Position numbers and translations under genes: made by a program. Shown in pieces: positions 1 to 10,363 of a stretch of 64,000 bases of DNA. Positions within the stretch are counted from its first letter, which is position 1; each line of letters begins with the position of its first letter. The notes under the pieces were generated by a model. That model was given only the letters and a program-made list of their open reading frames with translations. It was not told the origin of the DNA and did not search any database. The stretch comes from Promethearchaeia archaeon (GTDB taxonomy: Archaea; Asgardarchaeota; Lokiarchaeia; Sigyniarchaeales; SOKP01), in NCBI GenBank assembly GCA_046483985.1, contig JAWOCD010000005.1, positions 52,655-116,654 of the forward strand, given 5' to 3'.

Positions 1-210
1 GAAGAAAATCCGAGTTAATCCAAAAAATAAAGTAAAAACCGCATAACCAAAAAAAACCATTTTACTGCTTTTCAAATCGATTTCTCTTCCCTTCATTAAA
101 AACAAGAAGAACGCAAGAAATAAAAGCCCAATTGATATAATCCAGAGAATAAGAGAAGGACCTTCGTAATATTCGATTCCTTGAAATGAGTCTGGTAATT
201 CTAATATCAT
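1..210 (-). CDS. Multi-pass membrane protein, N-terminal part (runs off the window edge)
   Basis: ATG at 210 gives MILELPDSFQGIEYYEGPSLILWIISIGLLFLAFFLFLMKGREIDLKSSKMVFFGYAVFTLFFGLTRIFF, open to position 1, with two hydrophobic helices; absent from the ORF track. Confidence 0.75.
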   Translation of the reverse strand, partial: MILELPDSFQGIEYYEGPSLILWIISIGLLFLAFFLFLMKGREIDLKSSKMVFFGYAVFTLFFGLTRIFF

Positions 211-265
211 TAATATCTAGATTAAGAAAGTATATACTTTTTTAAAAATTATTTTAATTTAGAAA

Positions 266-688
266 TTATTTAATGATTTCAGTTATGAAACACGTCTCGA
301 TTATTTTGACACCTTCAATAGGAGATATCTTTGATTCTATTAGCGGATTAAAGTCTTGTATATCCGAAATTTCTACAATGGCAAAGATCCCACAATCCCC
401 CGATAATCTCCAAATATCCGTGATCTCCTCAACAGATCGTAATTTTTTTAAGATCCTTTTGATTTCTTTATAATTCGGTTCAATTTTAATGGTTGCCTGG
501 ATTTTGGGCTCTGAATCAATTTCATATTCGATTGTAAATTTTTCAATAACTCCCTCTTCAACTAAGTTTTTAACTCTCCTTCTAACCGTTGCATTTGTCC
601 TATCTACAACTTTCGCAATATCACTATAGGACTGTCTTCCATCTCGTTCTAATTCTTCTAAAATTTTTTTATCGATAATATCTACCAT
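266..688 (-). CDS. Lrp/AsnC family transcriptional regulator
   Basis: N-terminal D..D.KIL.ELE.DGR.SYS.IAK...TVRRRV..L.E.GVI HTH and C-terminal RAM domain (LSGD). Confidence 0.93.
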   Translation of the reverse strand: MVDIIDKKILEELERDGRQSYSDIAKVVDRTNATVRRRVKNLVEEGVIEKFTIEYEIDSEPKIQATIKIEPNYKEIKRILKKLRSVEEITDIWRLSGDCGIFAIVEISDIQDFNPLIESKISPIEGVKIIETCFITEIIK

Positions 689-1019
689 TTTTTTCTCATC
701 CTATAATACATTATTCTAATATGATCACTTATTTATGAAAAAAGTGAGATTTCTTATATAATTTGTTTAAAATTTTAAATCTATATTTAGGAACTGGATA
801 GTTGTGTTTTTCATTTCTTAAATAATAATTAAATATTTTCCCTTAGTATATAGAAAAATTCCTTAAATAGGTTGGTTTTAATGTGTTTTCCTTGAATTCT
901 CTCACTCCACTCATACTTGTGTTAACTTCAACGTTTTTAATAACTTTACTTTCTGTATCTTAGTAGGAAATAAGAGAAAGGAACGAGATTTTTTAAGAAA
1001 ATTTGTATTATAATACAAG

Positions 1020-2336
1020 ATGGAATTAAGAATTTCGTTAAACAAGTGGATATTAAGAGCATTTATCTTATCCATTTTGATCCGTTTATTTTTGGCTTCC
1101 TTGAATATCTTCCCATTGATGGATGATATAATCAACCCTTTTTTAGAACTTGAACTGATTCAAAATCTTGAACTTTTTTCTGATTATCATTTTTATTATA
1201 AGGAATTCGCGAAAGAATTTGTGTCCGGCAATTGGATACCGTATTTGGAAGATGCGAAAATTCACTCTATTGAGTATCCCTTGCTTTATCCTCCCTTCTT
1301 TTTGTACGCTATTAGTTTTCCGGCGTTAATTCATCCAGATTTAACGTTTGTTCTCCTGTTATTCGCGGATTGTTTACTTCCCTTAATGGTCTATAAATTT
1401 CTTCGGGAATTTCAAACAAAAAAGGTTGCAGAATGGGGGTTGTTGGCAACTGCATACTCTCCCTTTCTCCTAATTTATACGGGCGCTTTATTTTTGAATA
1501 CGTCTTTAGTTAACTTATTTTTTATAAGTACTCTCTATTATGTTGCGAAGCGGAAATATAATTTAGCTACGCTTCTTCTGGGAATCTCATTTTTATTTAA
1601 ACAGATTATTCTTTTTTTTATAATCCCTCTCGTGCTATATATGACTCTTGATTCTACACAGAGTGAGAATGGAAAAAAAGATTCATTTAAATTGGCACTT
1701 AAATACTTTGGAATTTTATTTCTTGTGATTTTTCTTGGATCTTTACCGTGGATTATAATTAGTCCGTTTAATTATATCATTTCTCTTTCCGTTGGAGAAC
1801 TACCTAATTTCTTTCCACAATTTCAAAGCTTCAAAAGTTGGTGGGTCAGGCCGATCAAATGGTACGATTTCTTGATTCTTAAGGATGCTCCCTATTGGGT
1901 TATTTATATCGCTGGATTTCTAAACTTTTCTTTATTTGGTATATACCTTGTGCAGATACTTGCCATGTATCTTCTTTATAAATGGCATCACACCGAAGAA
2001 TTAGATTTTAAACACTTTCTCAACTTATTACTCATTATTGCATTTTTATCGCATCTTTGGATGTCTCGTGGAGTATTTAAATATTATTTTACATTTTTTA
2101 TCCCTATTGTAGTACTATGGTTAGGATATTATCAAACGGTTCAAATATCGCAACGAAAATCAAAACGGAACAGACTTTTATTTTTAATGATAGGGATTTC
2201 ATTATTTCTCATACTTCTTAATAGATATATCTATTTACTGATTGTTTGGCTCTTATTTTTTGTTTTTTCTTATAAAATTATAATGAAGGTTAGGATTGAT
2301 GGAATTCCCGAAGAATTCCACCAAGGTGGCTTTTGA
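1020..2336 (+). CDS. GT-C fold integral membrane glycosyltransferase (GT87/PIG-M-like)
   Basis: Many TM helices, luminal loop with D and YPP motif (LLYPPFFLY), and FLFKQ motif typical of GT-C mannosyltransferases. Confidence 0.7.
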   Translation: MELRISLNKWILRAFILSILIRLFLASLNIFPLMDDIINPFLELELIQNLELFSDYHFYYKEFAKEFVSGNWIPYLEDAKIHSIEYPLLYPPFFLYAISFPALIHPDLTFVLLLFADCLLPLMVYKFLREFQTKKVAEWGLLATAYSPFLLIYTGALFLNTSLVNLFFISTLYYVAKRKYNLATLLLGISFLFKQIILFFIIPLVLYMTLDSTQSENGKKDSFKLALKYFGILFLVIFLGSLPWIIISPFNYIISLSVGELPNFFPQFQSFKSWWVRPIKWYDFLILKDAPYWVIYIAGFLNFSLFGIYLVQILAMYLLYKWHHTEELDFKHFLNLLLIIAFLSHLWMSRGVFKYYFTFFIPIVVLWLGYYQTVQISQRKSKRNRLLFLMIGISLFLILLNRYIYLLIVWLLFFVFSYKIIMKVRIDGIPEEFHQGGF

Positions 2337-2431
2337 GGGGGAATGTGGTTATGATTTCCATGTTGATTCCCAAAAACAGCTTTAATGAATACATTTGAGT
2401 GAAATCGCCAGTTAAATGATTCGTCTTAACC
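2288..2431 (+). ncRNA. Putative multibranch structured RNA overlapping the 3' end of the GT-C gene
   Basis: Closing stem GGTTAGGA/TCTTAACC encloses hairpins TGGAATTC-CCGAA-GAATTCCA, GGGAAT...ATTCCC and ATGAAT-A-CATTTGA...TTAAATG-ATTCGT; G-U pairs favour the + strand. Confidence 0.35.
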
Positions 2432-2509
2432 CCTCGATTTTTGAATGCCCTCCTTTTTTACATGACCACCAATTATATAAATTTGTCGCTACTTAAATAT
2501 TTTGAAAGA

Positions 2510-2536
2510 TTAACAAGCTTAACAAGCTTAACAATT
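2510..2536. repeat. Short tandem repeat (TTAACAAGC) x2 plus one degenerate copy
   Basis: ttaacaagc ttaacaagc ttaacaatt. Confidence 0.6.
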
Positions 2537-2566
2537 CTAAACTTAATTTGTTTTTTAGCATCCAGA

Positions 2567-2751
2567 TTAACTAAACACGCCTAAAGGCGTGAGATTCATA
2601 TTCTCTGATACATAATCTTTACATTAGACAAAATATAGGTTGGCTCTCCTACCTTAAATTAAGGTCCTGCTTCTTTTTATGATTACGAAGTAGATTTAGT
2701 GATTTAAACGCAAAATTCATCTCCATCCTAAAGGATGGAGTTTTCTTTTGC
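2567..2751 (-). mobile_element. Non-autonomous IS200/IS605-family miniature element (MITE/PATE-like)
   Basis: Two subterminal hairpins, CACGCCTAAAGGCGTG (2576-2591) and CTCCATCCTAAAGGATGGAG (2721-2740), with the CCTTTAGG core typical of IS200/IS605 ends; no transposase between them. Confidence 0.75.
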
Positions 2752-2848
2752 TTTTTTGATAAAAATTGCTAAGTACAAAAAATTAAATTTCATAAATGTG
2801 TTATTAAGTTAGGTATTGGATATTTTAGTTTTGTGGTAGGATAAGAAT

Positions 2849-3889
2849 ATGAGATTATACTGGACCGTGCTTAAAGATGTTGATGCAATTGAATATGAAT
2901 TTGCACCACTCCATTTCAATCGAAGGGCCCAAATTTTAGAGAGCGTAAAAGCCCCTAAAAATGATAAATGCAACGAAGAGTGGATGAAAGAATCGATTAT
3001 TATTGAGCAGAGCGCGAAATTGTTACCACTTGTAAGGAGATTTCCTGGTCGTATGGTAAAAGCGGTTAAAATCGAATTTAATGGAAAAGAGTTATTAATT
3101 TTTGATGCTGATTATTCCTTTTTACAGAATGGCTGGTATGGGATGACCATTCTAAAGACGCGTAAAGAAGATCTACCTGTGAATCAAGAATTACAGTTGA
3201 GTAGCGAAGTTTATGAGATCGTGAATGATTATCTCTTGGGAAAAATTACTGATCTGAAATCTGGGATACAAAAGGAAATTGAAAAATATAAAAATTCCCA
3301 AGTAGTCTCTTGCTTTAATAAGGCAAGGAAAAAGAAAGGAGAGAAATATTTTTTAGAGGATATTATTGATCCATTGGATACTTCCTCGTCAAAGTGGGAC
3401 ATTTTCCTTATCCACAAAACGGGAGAGCCCGTAACAGACATTTATCGAGTATTTAAAAGCTATTCAAATGGCTCAACCAATTTTATCAAATTAGACATGG
3501 AGCGAAAATATGATTTACCAGGATATGAGAAGGAAATGGAACTTACCAAAATTCATAACCTAAATTGTATGGCTCTTAGTGCAGCATATACACTTTGCGG
3601 GAAAGTGGGCAATTTAATGGGGTATAAACGAGCGAAACTCCGTCATACTACGACTAAACTTCATAAAAACCTAGGAGTTGGATTCACTTTCTTGGAGCAT
3701 GCTGAGATAAAGGGAAAGGAAATAATTTTTTGTTTAGATGTTAAAAATAAACTATCTGCTGGAGATAAACATATCAATAAATTGTTTGGGAACGAACGGA
3801 AAACACTTAAAAAGATAAAAAAAAACATTGTTAAGTCGGGTTCTTTAAAAGCATCAAAAATACGTAAGAGCATTAGAAAAGAGATATAA
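2849..3889 (+). CDS. Hypothetical protein
   Basis: 346-aa ORF with a basic C-terminus; no recognised motif. Confidence 0.75.
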   Translation: MRLYWTVLKDVDAIEYEFAPLHFNRRAQILESVKAPKNDKCNEEWMKESIIIEQSAKLLPLVRRFPGRMVKAVKIEFNGKELLIFDADYSFLQNGWYGMTILKTRKEDLPVNQELQLSSEVYEIVNDYLLGKITDLKSGIQKEIEKYKNSQVVSCFNKARKKKGEKYFLEDIIDPLDTSSSKWDIFLIHKTGEPVTDIYRVFKSYSNGSTNFIKLDMERKYDLPGYEKEMELTKIHNLNCMALSAAYTLCGKVGNLMGYKRAKLRHTTTKLHKNLGVGFTFLEHAEIKGKEIIFCLDVKNKLSAGDKHINKLFGNERKTLKKIKKNIVKSGSLKASKIRKSIRKEI

Positions 3890-4170
3890 TTAAAATAAAG
3901 AAATACTTTTAAGATTCTATTAAGGAAAAAATAGAAGTTTTTAAAAGAGTCTGAATGCTTCTTTCATTTTCTCTATTCGTTTCCTTTATTTCAAATTCGA
4001 TTTCCAAACCCCTTCTCTTTCCTCTTTATTTTCCAATTCCAAGATTCCATTTGGTACTTTAACTTTTTCTTTCCGATTTTCGAATGCAAATTTTCTAAGA
4101 CTGAAAATTTATATGTAGCTTTTTATTTAAAATAACCATTGTAATCATAGATAAAGAAGGTGTAAAACTG

Positions 4171-6228
4171 ATGGGAAATAAATGGAATAAATACTTACGA
4201 TTGAAACGCTATGAAAATCTCCCGAAGATGGTTTTTGATGTCATTCAGAGACATTCGGAAAAACTTGCGATGCGTTGGTTTGAGGACGGCGGAGATTCCA
4301 TACAAAAATTAACATATGCCCAGTTAGGCAAAAAAATCATCGATGTTTTTTATGGATTAAAGCAATTAAATTATGAAAAGGGGGATCATATAGCGATTTG
4401 TTCGGAAACTTCTCAAATGTGGGCGTTTGCAGATTTAGGAGTTCAATGTCTGGGCGGCGTGACCGTTGCAATATATCCCTCTCTAACCCCAAAAGAGATT
4501 CTCTATATTTTGAAGGATTCAGAAACAAAATGTCTCTTTGTTGATTCACAAGAGAACTTGGAGAAGGTGGTTTCCATTTGGAAAGAGATTATAAATTTAA
4601 AAGACGTTATTCTAATGGAAGATATTGATACTGCAACTAAAAAGGAGGTTATTTCTGATTATTCTTCTAATGAGATTATCCCTCTGGATGGTTCATCGAA
4701 ACTTGATCATATTTATAGTTGGGAAGAGTTTTTACGACCCGCACTAGTGAAGAGCATTGAAAGAAAAACTGAATTAGTGGAACAATCAATGGATGCAATT
4801 AAAGAAGAGGATTTGGCAAGCCTAATCTATACTTCGGGTACGACCGGCATCCCAAAAGGAGTTATGCTTACCCATAAAAACTTTCTCAGCGATATCGTTG
4901 CCTCCTCTGCAATTGCTAGTACATTGGAAAAGGACGAAAAACCATGGGCACAAGACACTATTACATATTTACCGTATGCTCATTCGTTTGGAAGGACCGT
5001 GGAAGAGTATAGCATGATCTATAATGGTTCTTGTATCAATTATGTTGGTGGACGTTCCCAAGAGCTATTACAGAAAGCGTTTGAAGAATTCCAACCAACT
5101 ATTATGATCGGAGTACCTTATGTGTTTCAAAAGCTCTATGAAACCATTATGCAAACAGTAGATGAGATGTCTGAGTACGTACAGAATATATTTCATAAAG
5201 CAGTGAAGGCGGGAAAGGAATATTATACGAATAAAATCGAAGGCAAGAAAAATTCATTTGGATTACGTATTAAATATTGGATCCTAAAGAAATTAGTTCT
5301 TGGGCAAATTCAAAAAAAGTTAGGAGGAAGATTGAAAATTATGCTCTCTGGTTCGGCTGCCATATCCCCCTCTTTGATGCTTTTCTTCTTATCGTGCGGA
5401 TTTAATATGTTAGAAGGGTATGGTCTTACAGAGTCTGCGCCAGTCACTCATGTGCTACGAAATGAAGAGAACTCAGACTTTCGTCCCAATTTCAGTAAAA
5501 AAATCCCCTTATATGAGAAATTAGGGTCTATCGGTCCACCGGTCGAGATTCCAAACAATCCCTATGAAAATGTTCAGCAGAAGCTAACTGAAGAAGGAGA
5601 ATTACTGATAAAAGGACCGATGGTTATGAAAGGATACTGGAAAAAACCAAAACTTACAGCAAATGTAGTAGACGAAGATGGTTGGCTCCATACTGGCGAT
5701 TTAGCGGAGATAGATAATGACGGATATGTAAAGATAAAAGGTCGTTTGAAGGCTATTGTGAAATTATCTACGGGCAAAATGGTTAGCCCCGCCGCAGTGG
5801 AAGGGATGATTGTCCCGTATTCTGAAATAGTTGCTCAAATCATCCTTGTGGGCTCAGAAAAAAAGTATCTCACAGCGATAGTAGTTCCTTACCAAGAGCC
5901 GCTAAAAAACTATGCGGAAGAGCATGACATTTCCTATGATACATGGGAAGATATTATCCGCACTCCTGAAATACTACAATTAATAAAAAAAGATATAGAA
6001 GAATATACTGAGGATGTGTCGCATTATTCCGTCCCAAAGAAATTCGCAATAAGCAGTCAACCTTTTGGAAAAGGAGATGGATATTTAACTCCGACCTTGA
6101 AGTTTAAGCGAAATAAGATTTACGAAGATTTTCAAGACGTGATTGACAAACTCTACGAAATTGATGGGGAATTCTATATAATTGAAGAACGGATGACAGA
6201 TTTCTACGATCAGAGCCTACTTACTTAA
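4171..6228 (+). CDS. Long-chain fatty acid-CoA ligase (AMP-binding)
   Basis: YTSGTTGIPKG, GYGLTES and WLHTGD motifs. Confidence 0.93.
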   Translation: MGNKWNKYLRLKRYENLPKMVFDVIQRHSEKLAMRWFEDGGDSIQKLTYAQLGKKIIDVFYGLKQLNYEKGDHIAICSETSQMWAFADLGVQCLGGVTVAIYPSLTPKEILYILKDSETKCLFVDSQENLEKVVSIWKEIINLKDVILMEDIDTATKKEVISDYSSNEIIPLDGSSKLDHIYSWEEFLRPALVKSIERKTELVEQSMDAIKEEDLASLIYTSGTTGIPKGVMLTHKNFLSDIVASSAIASTLEKDEKPWAQDTITYLPYAHSFGRTVEEYSMIYNGSCINYVGGRSQELLQKAFEEFQPTIMIGVPYVFQKLYETIMQTVDEMSEYVQNIFHKAVKAGKEYYTNKIEGKKNSFGLRIKYWILKKLVLGQIQKKLGGRLKIMLSGSAAISPSLMLFFLSCGFNMLEGYGLTESAPVTHVLRNEENSDFRPNFSKKIPLYEKLGSIGPPVEIPNNPYENVQQKLTEEGELLIKGPMVMKGYWKKPKLTANVVDEDGWLHTGDLAEIDNDGYVKIKGRLKAIVKLSTGKMVSPAAVEGMIVPYSEIVAQIILVGSEKKYLTAIVVPYQEPLKNYAEEHDISYDTWEDIIRTPEILQLIKKDIEEYTEDVSHYSVPKKFAISSQPFGKGDGYLTPTLKFKRNKIYEDFQDVIDKLYEIDGEFYIIEERMTDFYDQSLLT

Positions 6229-6362
6229 TTTCTTTCTTTTTCTTATCTTTTTTAATTAACTCTCTCCTCTCTAGTTAAATGAGTAGTGGAATTAATAACG
6301 AAATTTAAAAAACAGTAGTCAATGATATAATATATAGAATTAAAAAAAGAGTATAATTACAG

Positions 6363-7916
6363 ATGTTTGTCGCTGCACTAGATTTAGGCACTACGGGATG
6401 CCGAACATTTATTTTTGACTTAGGAGGCAAAATCATTTCGAGTGCTTATGAAGAATGGGAAAGTTTCTATCCGCGTCCATCATATGTCGAGCAAGATGCG
6501 AATGCATGGTGGGACTCAATTAAAAATACGATTGAATTAGCGCTCAAGAAGAGCGGAATAGATAAGCAAGAACTCGTCTCGCTTTCTGTTACAAACCAGC
6601 GAGAAACTATCGTCCCAGTCAATAAGAAGGGAGAGCCGCTTCATAATGCAATTGTTTGGCAAGACAGACGCACCACAGATCAAGTAGACCTTATCAGAGA
6701 ACGAGTAGGAGAAGAAAAAATATATGAAACCACGGGATTAACTATTGATCCTTATTTTTCGGCAACTAAAATTCTCTGGTTTAAACAGAGAAAACCGGAG
6801 ATTTATAAAAAAACGCATAAATTTCTCTTGGTTTCCGATTTCATTATCCATAAACTGACAGGTAGATTTTGCACAGATTTTTCCAATGCATCGAGAACAA
6901 TGTTATTTGATATTAATAATCTACGTTACTCCGAGAATATTGCCTCCGAATTAGAAATCGATTTAGATAAAATGCCCGAACCAATAGAAAGCGGTGTTGA
7001 TATTGGGGAGATTAAAACAGATGAAACAGAATTTGATGAAAAAACTTTAGTTGTGACTGGCGCTGGAGATCAACAATCTGCTGCTCTGGGTGTGGGGGTT
7101 ATTTCTCCTGGAGAAGTTAAATGCACCACGGGTACTGGGAGTTTTATTCTTTCATATCTCTCTGAGCCCAATTTTGATCCCCAGCGGCGTGTACTATGTA
7201 GTTGTCATGCCATACCTGGGGCATGGGTACAAGAGGCGAGTATCTTTACTTCAGGAGCGATGTTGCGATGGTTTAGAGATGAATTAGGAATCCAAGAATG
7301 CTTAATTGCGGAAGAAAAGGGTATAGATCCCTACGAAGTAATGACTAGTGAGGCGGAAAAGTCAAAAATTGGAGCCAATGGCTTGGTACTTATACCTCAT
7401 TTAGTTGGTGCGGGTGCACCCCATTGGAATCCTTTTGCGAAAGCTGTTTTGTTTGGATTATCGTTAGGTCATCAGCGTAGAGATGTCTACCGGGCGGGTC
7501 TCGAAGGTGTCGCCTTTGAAGTAAGAAAAAATATAGAAGTATTTAAAGAGATTGGGATTGAACCAAAAGAATTAAGGGTTACTGGGGGTGGTTCTCGTTC
7601 AGACCTTTGGAACCAAATTTATGCAGACGTCATAAAAATTACTTGTGTGCGAAATGAAATCGAAGAAGCTACTTCATTGGGAGCAGCAATATTAGCTGCA
7701 GCTGGTGCAGGACTTTTTCCTGATATATCAAAAGCGGCGGAAAAATTATGTAAAGTTGATAAAAAGTGGCTTTCTAATGAGAAAAATCATCAAATTTATA
7801 ACGATTTATACGATTTTTCCAAGAATTTCTATAATACCTTAAACAAGCAAAATATCTATAAGGATTTTAATGAACTTTTGCTTAAGTTGGAAGCCAAGGA
7901 AAAAATGGAAATTTAA
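6363..7916 (+). CDS. FGGY carbohydrate kinase (glycerol kinase/xylulokinase-like)
   Basis: DLGTT, NQRET, WQDRRT, DPYFSATK, SNASRTMLF and GDQQ motifs. Confidence 0.9.
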   Translation: MFVAALDLGTTGCRTFIFDLGGKIISSAYEEWESFYPRPSYVEQDANAWWDSIKNTIELALKKSGIDKQELVSLSVTNQRETIVPVNKKGEPLHNAIVWQDRRTTDQVDLIRERVGEEKIYETTGLTIDPYFSATKILWFKQRKPEIYKKTHKFLLVSDFIIHKLTGRFCTDFSNASRTMLFDINNLRYSENIASELEIDLDKMPEPIESGVDIGEIKTDETEFDEKTLVVTGAGDQQSAALGVGVISPGEVKCTTGTGSFILSYLSEPNFDPQRRVLCSCHAIPGAWVQEASIFTSGAMLRWFRDELGIQECLIAEEKGIDPYEVMTSEAEKSKIGANGLVLIPHLVGAGAPHWNPFAKAVLFGLSLGHQRRDVYRAGLEGVAFEVRKNIEVFKEIGIEPKELRVTGGGSRSDLWNQIYADVIKITCVRNEIEEATSLGAAILAAAGAGLFPDISKAAEKLCKVDKKWLSNEKNHQIYNDLYDFSKNFYNTLNKQNIYKDFNELLLKLEAKEKMEI

Positions 7917-8020
7917 AATTTTTTATACTTTCCTTTTTATTTAATTTTTAAATATAATATTAAAATATGAACTTGTCATATTTCTTACTAGACTTAATTA
8001 TAATTTAATGGGAAAACAAT

Positions 8021-8662
8021 ATGAGTGAAAATAAGTCGAAGGCTACAACCAGTGCAAAGAAAGAGATACTTCCAGATTTTGGAGAGTTTTCGAAAAATCA
8101 GAGGAGAATTGCGTTAATGTTTTATATATCTATTGTAATCGCAGGATTAATTACAATTGGAGGTACAATTTATACAATTGCCGATTTGATAATGGCAACT
8201 GGTAAGATGCAACTTTTTTTAGAACTCAGCCTCGGATTTAAAATTTCAATTATAGGGGGATTATTAGCGGGCCTATTTTTCTTGATAATTTTATTTTATG
8301 GCTTATATAAGAAAGGAGTTAAATCTATCTTGCATACTCTCTTTAAAGAAAGAAAAGTTGCTGAAAGATATCAAAATAAATTATTGGTAAAAATAATTGC
8401 GGGAGCATTAATGGTCAGTGTGTTTACGATCATTGTAGGGATTATATATTCCATATTTCAATACCTCTTAATTGGATTTATTCAGAGTTCTGAGGTTACT
8501 CTTGCCAATATTTTTTCTAATTTCTTACCAGGTCAAATTGTTCTCTTGATTGGGGGGATTGTCTTTCTTATCATTGGACTCAGCTTTTTGTTCAACTATC
8601 TTTGGTACAATGGCTATTACTTTATCATCCACCTCATTTATAGTCTCGAACCCGAAGAATAA
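8021..8662 (+). CDS. Hypothetical membrane protein with an internal two-helix duplication
   Basis: Four TM segments; the halves end similarly (IIGG...LFYGLYKKG and LIGG...LFNYLWYNG). Confidence 0.75.
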   Translation: MSENKSKATTSAKKEILPDFGEFSKNQRRIALMFYISIVIAGLITIGGTIYTIADLIMATGKMQLFLELSLGFKISIIGGLLAGLFFLIILFYGLYKKGVKSILHTLFKERKVAERYQNKLLVKIIAGALMVSVFTIIVGIIYSIFQYLLIGFIQSSEVTLANIFSNFLPGQIVLLIGGIVFLIIGLSFLFNYLWYNGYYFIIHLIYSLEPEE

Positions 8663-8828
8663 ATTTTTCTCTTTTTTTCTCTTTTTTTCTCAGTTTCAAA
8701 CTTCTAGTCTCCAATAATTTCTCTTTTACTGAAAATCGGAAGTCTACCTTTCTTTAAATAGTACTCCCATTTATGTTAATTATAAAGATCTAAGATCGTT
8801 ATAAACAAAAGCAGGCGATTTATCTCAT

Positions 8829-10358
8829 ATGTCGGAAAAAGTAGGTACGGTTTTAAACTATGAAAATTTGCCCGATGTCTCTAAATTCCCGTTTGTCATT
8901 AGTAAACAAAGCAGTTTGGATGTAAAAAAGGGATTATTTGTCTATACGGAGTCCATGGAAGGATTTTTGATTGGCATTGTGGAAAAAATTGTACTCCTGA
9001 ATGAATATTTTTCAGATGCCTTAACCATTAAATCCTACAATACTAACACGAACCCTAATATCTTAAAGGGATTATTTCCTAGTGAAGATTTTGAATTTGC
9101 CATCGCCATCGTGGGCTGCTTGGGTATTGTGCAATTCAGCGATGAGAATAAAAAAGAAATTGAAACGATCAAACGGATGGCTTATCCTGCCACCCCTGGA
9201 AAAGAGGTATTTTTAGTGAGCGAACAAATCTTGAATGCATTTATAGGTTTAGACAACCAGCAAGGCATTAACTTGGGAAACATTAAGGTGTCGGGATATC
9301 CGGCGAAGATCAATATGAATCGCCTTTTAAATAAACATTTTGCCATTTTAGCCATCTCGGGAGCGGGAAAAAGCTATCTAATGTCGGTTCTTATCGAAGA
9401 ATTGTTGGAAAGGGAAGATAAGTACGGTACTCCGCAAGTTGTTTTAATTGATGTCCACGGCGAATATACGTATCTTAATGAGATTCCCGAATTAGTAAAT
9501 CATATTAACGTTCAAAACACTCGCTACTTTCAGATTGCGGTTCCTAAATTAAGTGCATATAAATATCAAAAATTTCAGAGAAATATCTCAAACGTACAAG
9601 TCCGTGAACTTGCGAAATATATTAGGGAATTACGCAAAGATGATGAAAAACATGGGATCTTTTCACTTTCAGATATTATAGATAAGTTGGAATGTGATGA
9701 GGAGATAAGTAAAAGTACACGACAAGCATTAACTCAGTGGTTATTAGATCTGCAGCGTCTTCAGCTATTTGGCCCCCAAGAAAATCCAAAATTAACGAAT
9801 TTAATTAAAGAAAAGAAACTCACTATTTTTGACCTTTCAAATGAAATAAATTTACGGAAAAAACAAATTATAGTCAATTATATCTCCGAGCGTCTATTTA
9901 ACCTCAGAAGGAGGGATAAGATCCCACCATTTTTAATTGTGATCGAAGAAGCCCACCAATTTTGTCCGGAAGCGAAATTGTCAAAAGCGATCTCTAAACC
10001 TATCATAGAAACAATTGCCCGGGAAGGAAGAAAATTTATGTCTTGCCTTGCTCTTATAAGTCAGAGACCTAAAAAATTGAGTGTCACTGCACTTTCCCAG
10101 ATGAATTCAAAACTGGTTTTAAATATTAAGAATCCCTACGATTTAAGGCATTTAATGGATAGTTCTGAAGCAATTACAAAAGAATATGCGGAGATAATTT
10201 CCAGTTTAGGAATTGGGGAAATGCTATTAATGGGGAATGCAGTAAATTTTCCGATTTTTTTAAACGTACGACAAAGACATTTCACATCTAATGAGGATGA
10301 ATTATCTCTTGCGGATGTATGTTTAAAATGGCAAAAAAAACAATTGGAGCAAAAATAA
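8829..10358 (+). CDS. HerA/FtsK-like ATPase (DUF87 family)
   Basis: Walker A-like AISGAGKS, IDVHGEY, IEEAH, REGRKF and SQRP motifs; N-terminal HAS-barrel-like region. Confidence 0.88.
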   Translation: MSEKVGTVLNYENLPDVSKFPFVISKQSSLDVKKGLFVYTESMEGFLIGIVEKIVLLNEYFSDALTIKSYNTNTNPNILKGLFPSEDFEFAIAIVGCLGIVQFSDENKKEIETIKRMAYPATPGKEVFLVSEQILNAFIGLDNQQGINLGNIKVSGYPAKINMNRLLNKHFAILAISGAGKSYLMSVLIEELLEREDKYGTPQVVLIDVHGEYTYLNEIPELVNHINVQNTRYFQIAVPKLSAYKYQKFQRNISNVQVRELAKYIRELRKDDEKHGIFSLSDIIDKLECDEEISKSTRQALTQWLLDLQRLQLFGPQENPKLTNLIKEKKLTIFDLSNEINLRKKQIIVNYISERLFNLRRRDKIPPFLIVIEEAHQFCPEAKLSKAISKPIIETIAREGRKFMSCLALISQRPKKLSVTALSQMNSKLVLNIKNPYDLRHLMDSSEAITKEYAEIISSLGIGEMLLMGNAVNFPIFLNVRQRHFTSNEDELSLADVCLKWQKKQLEQK

Positions 10359-10363
10359 TCCTA

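Noticed and set aside
70-80. TTCAAATCGA copy resembling the candidate ArsR operator
   Set aside because: It lies inside a coding region and lacks the second half-site; likely chance.
2334-2429. Four in-frame TGAs after the GT-C ORF, suggesting a second selenoprotein tail
   Set aside because: The nearby AUGA...AAA...GA hairpin does not pair in SECIS K-turn register, the peptide has no redox-like motif, and TGA is an ordinary stop here (fen, dinB, purB).
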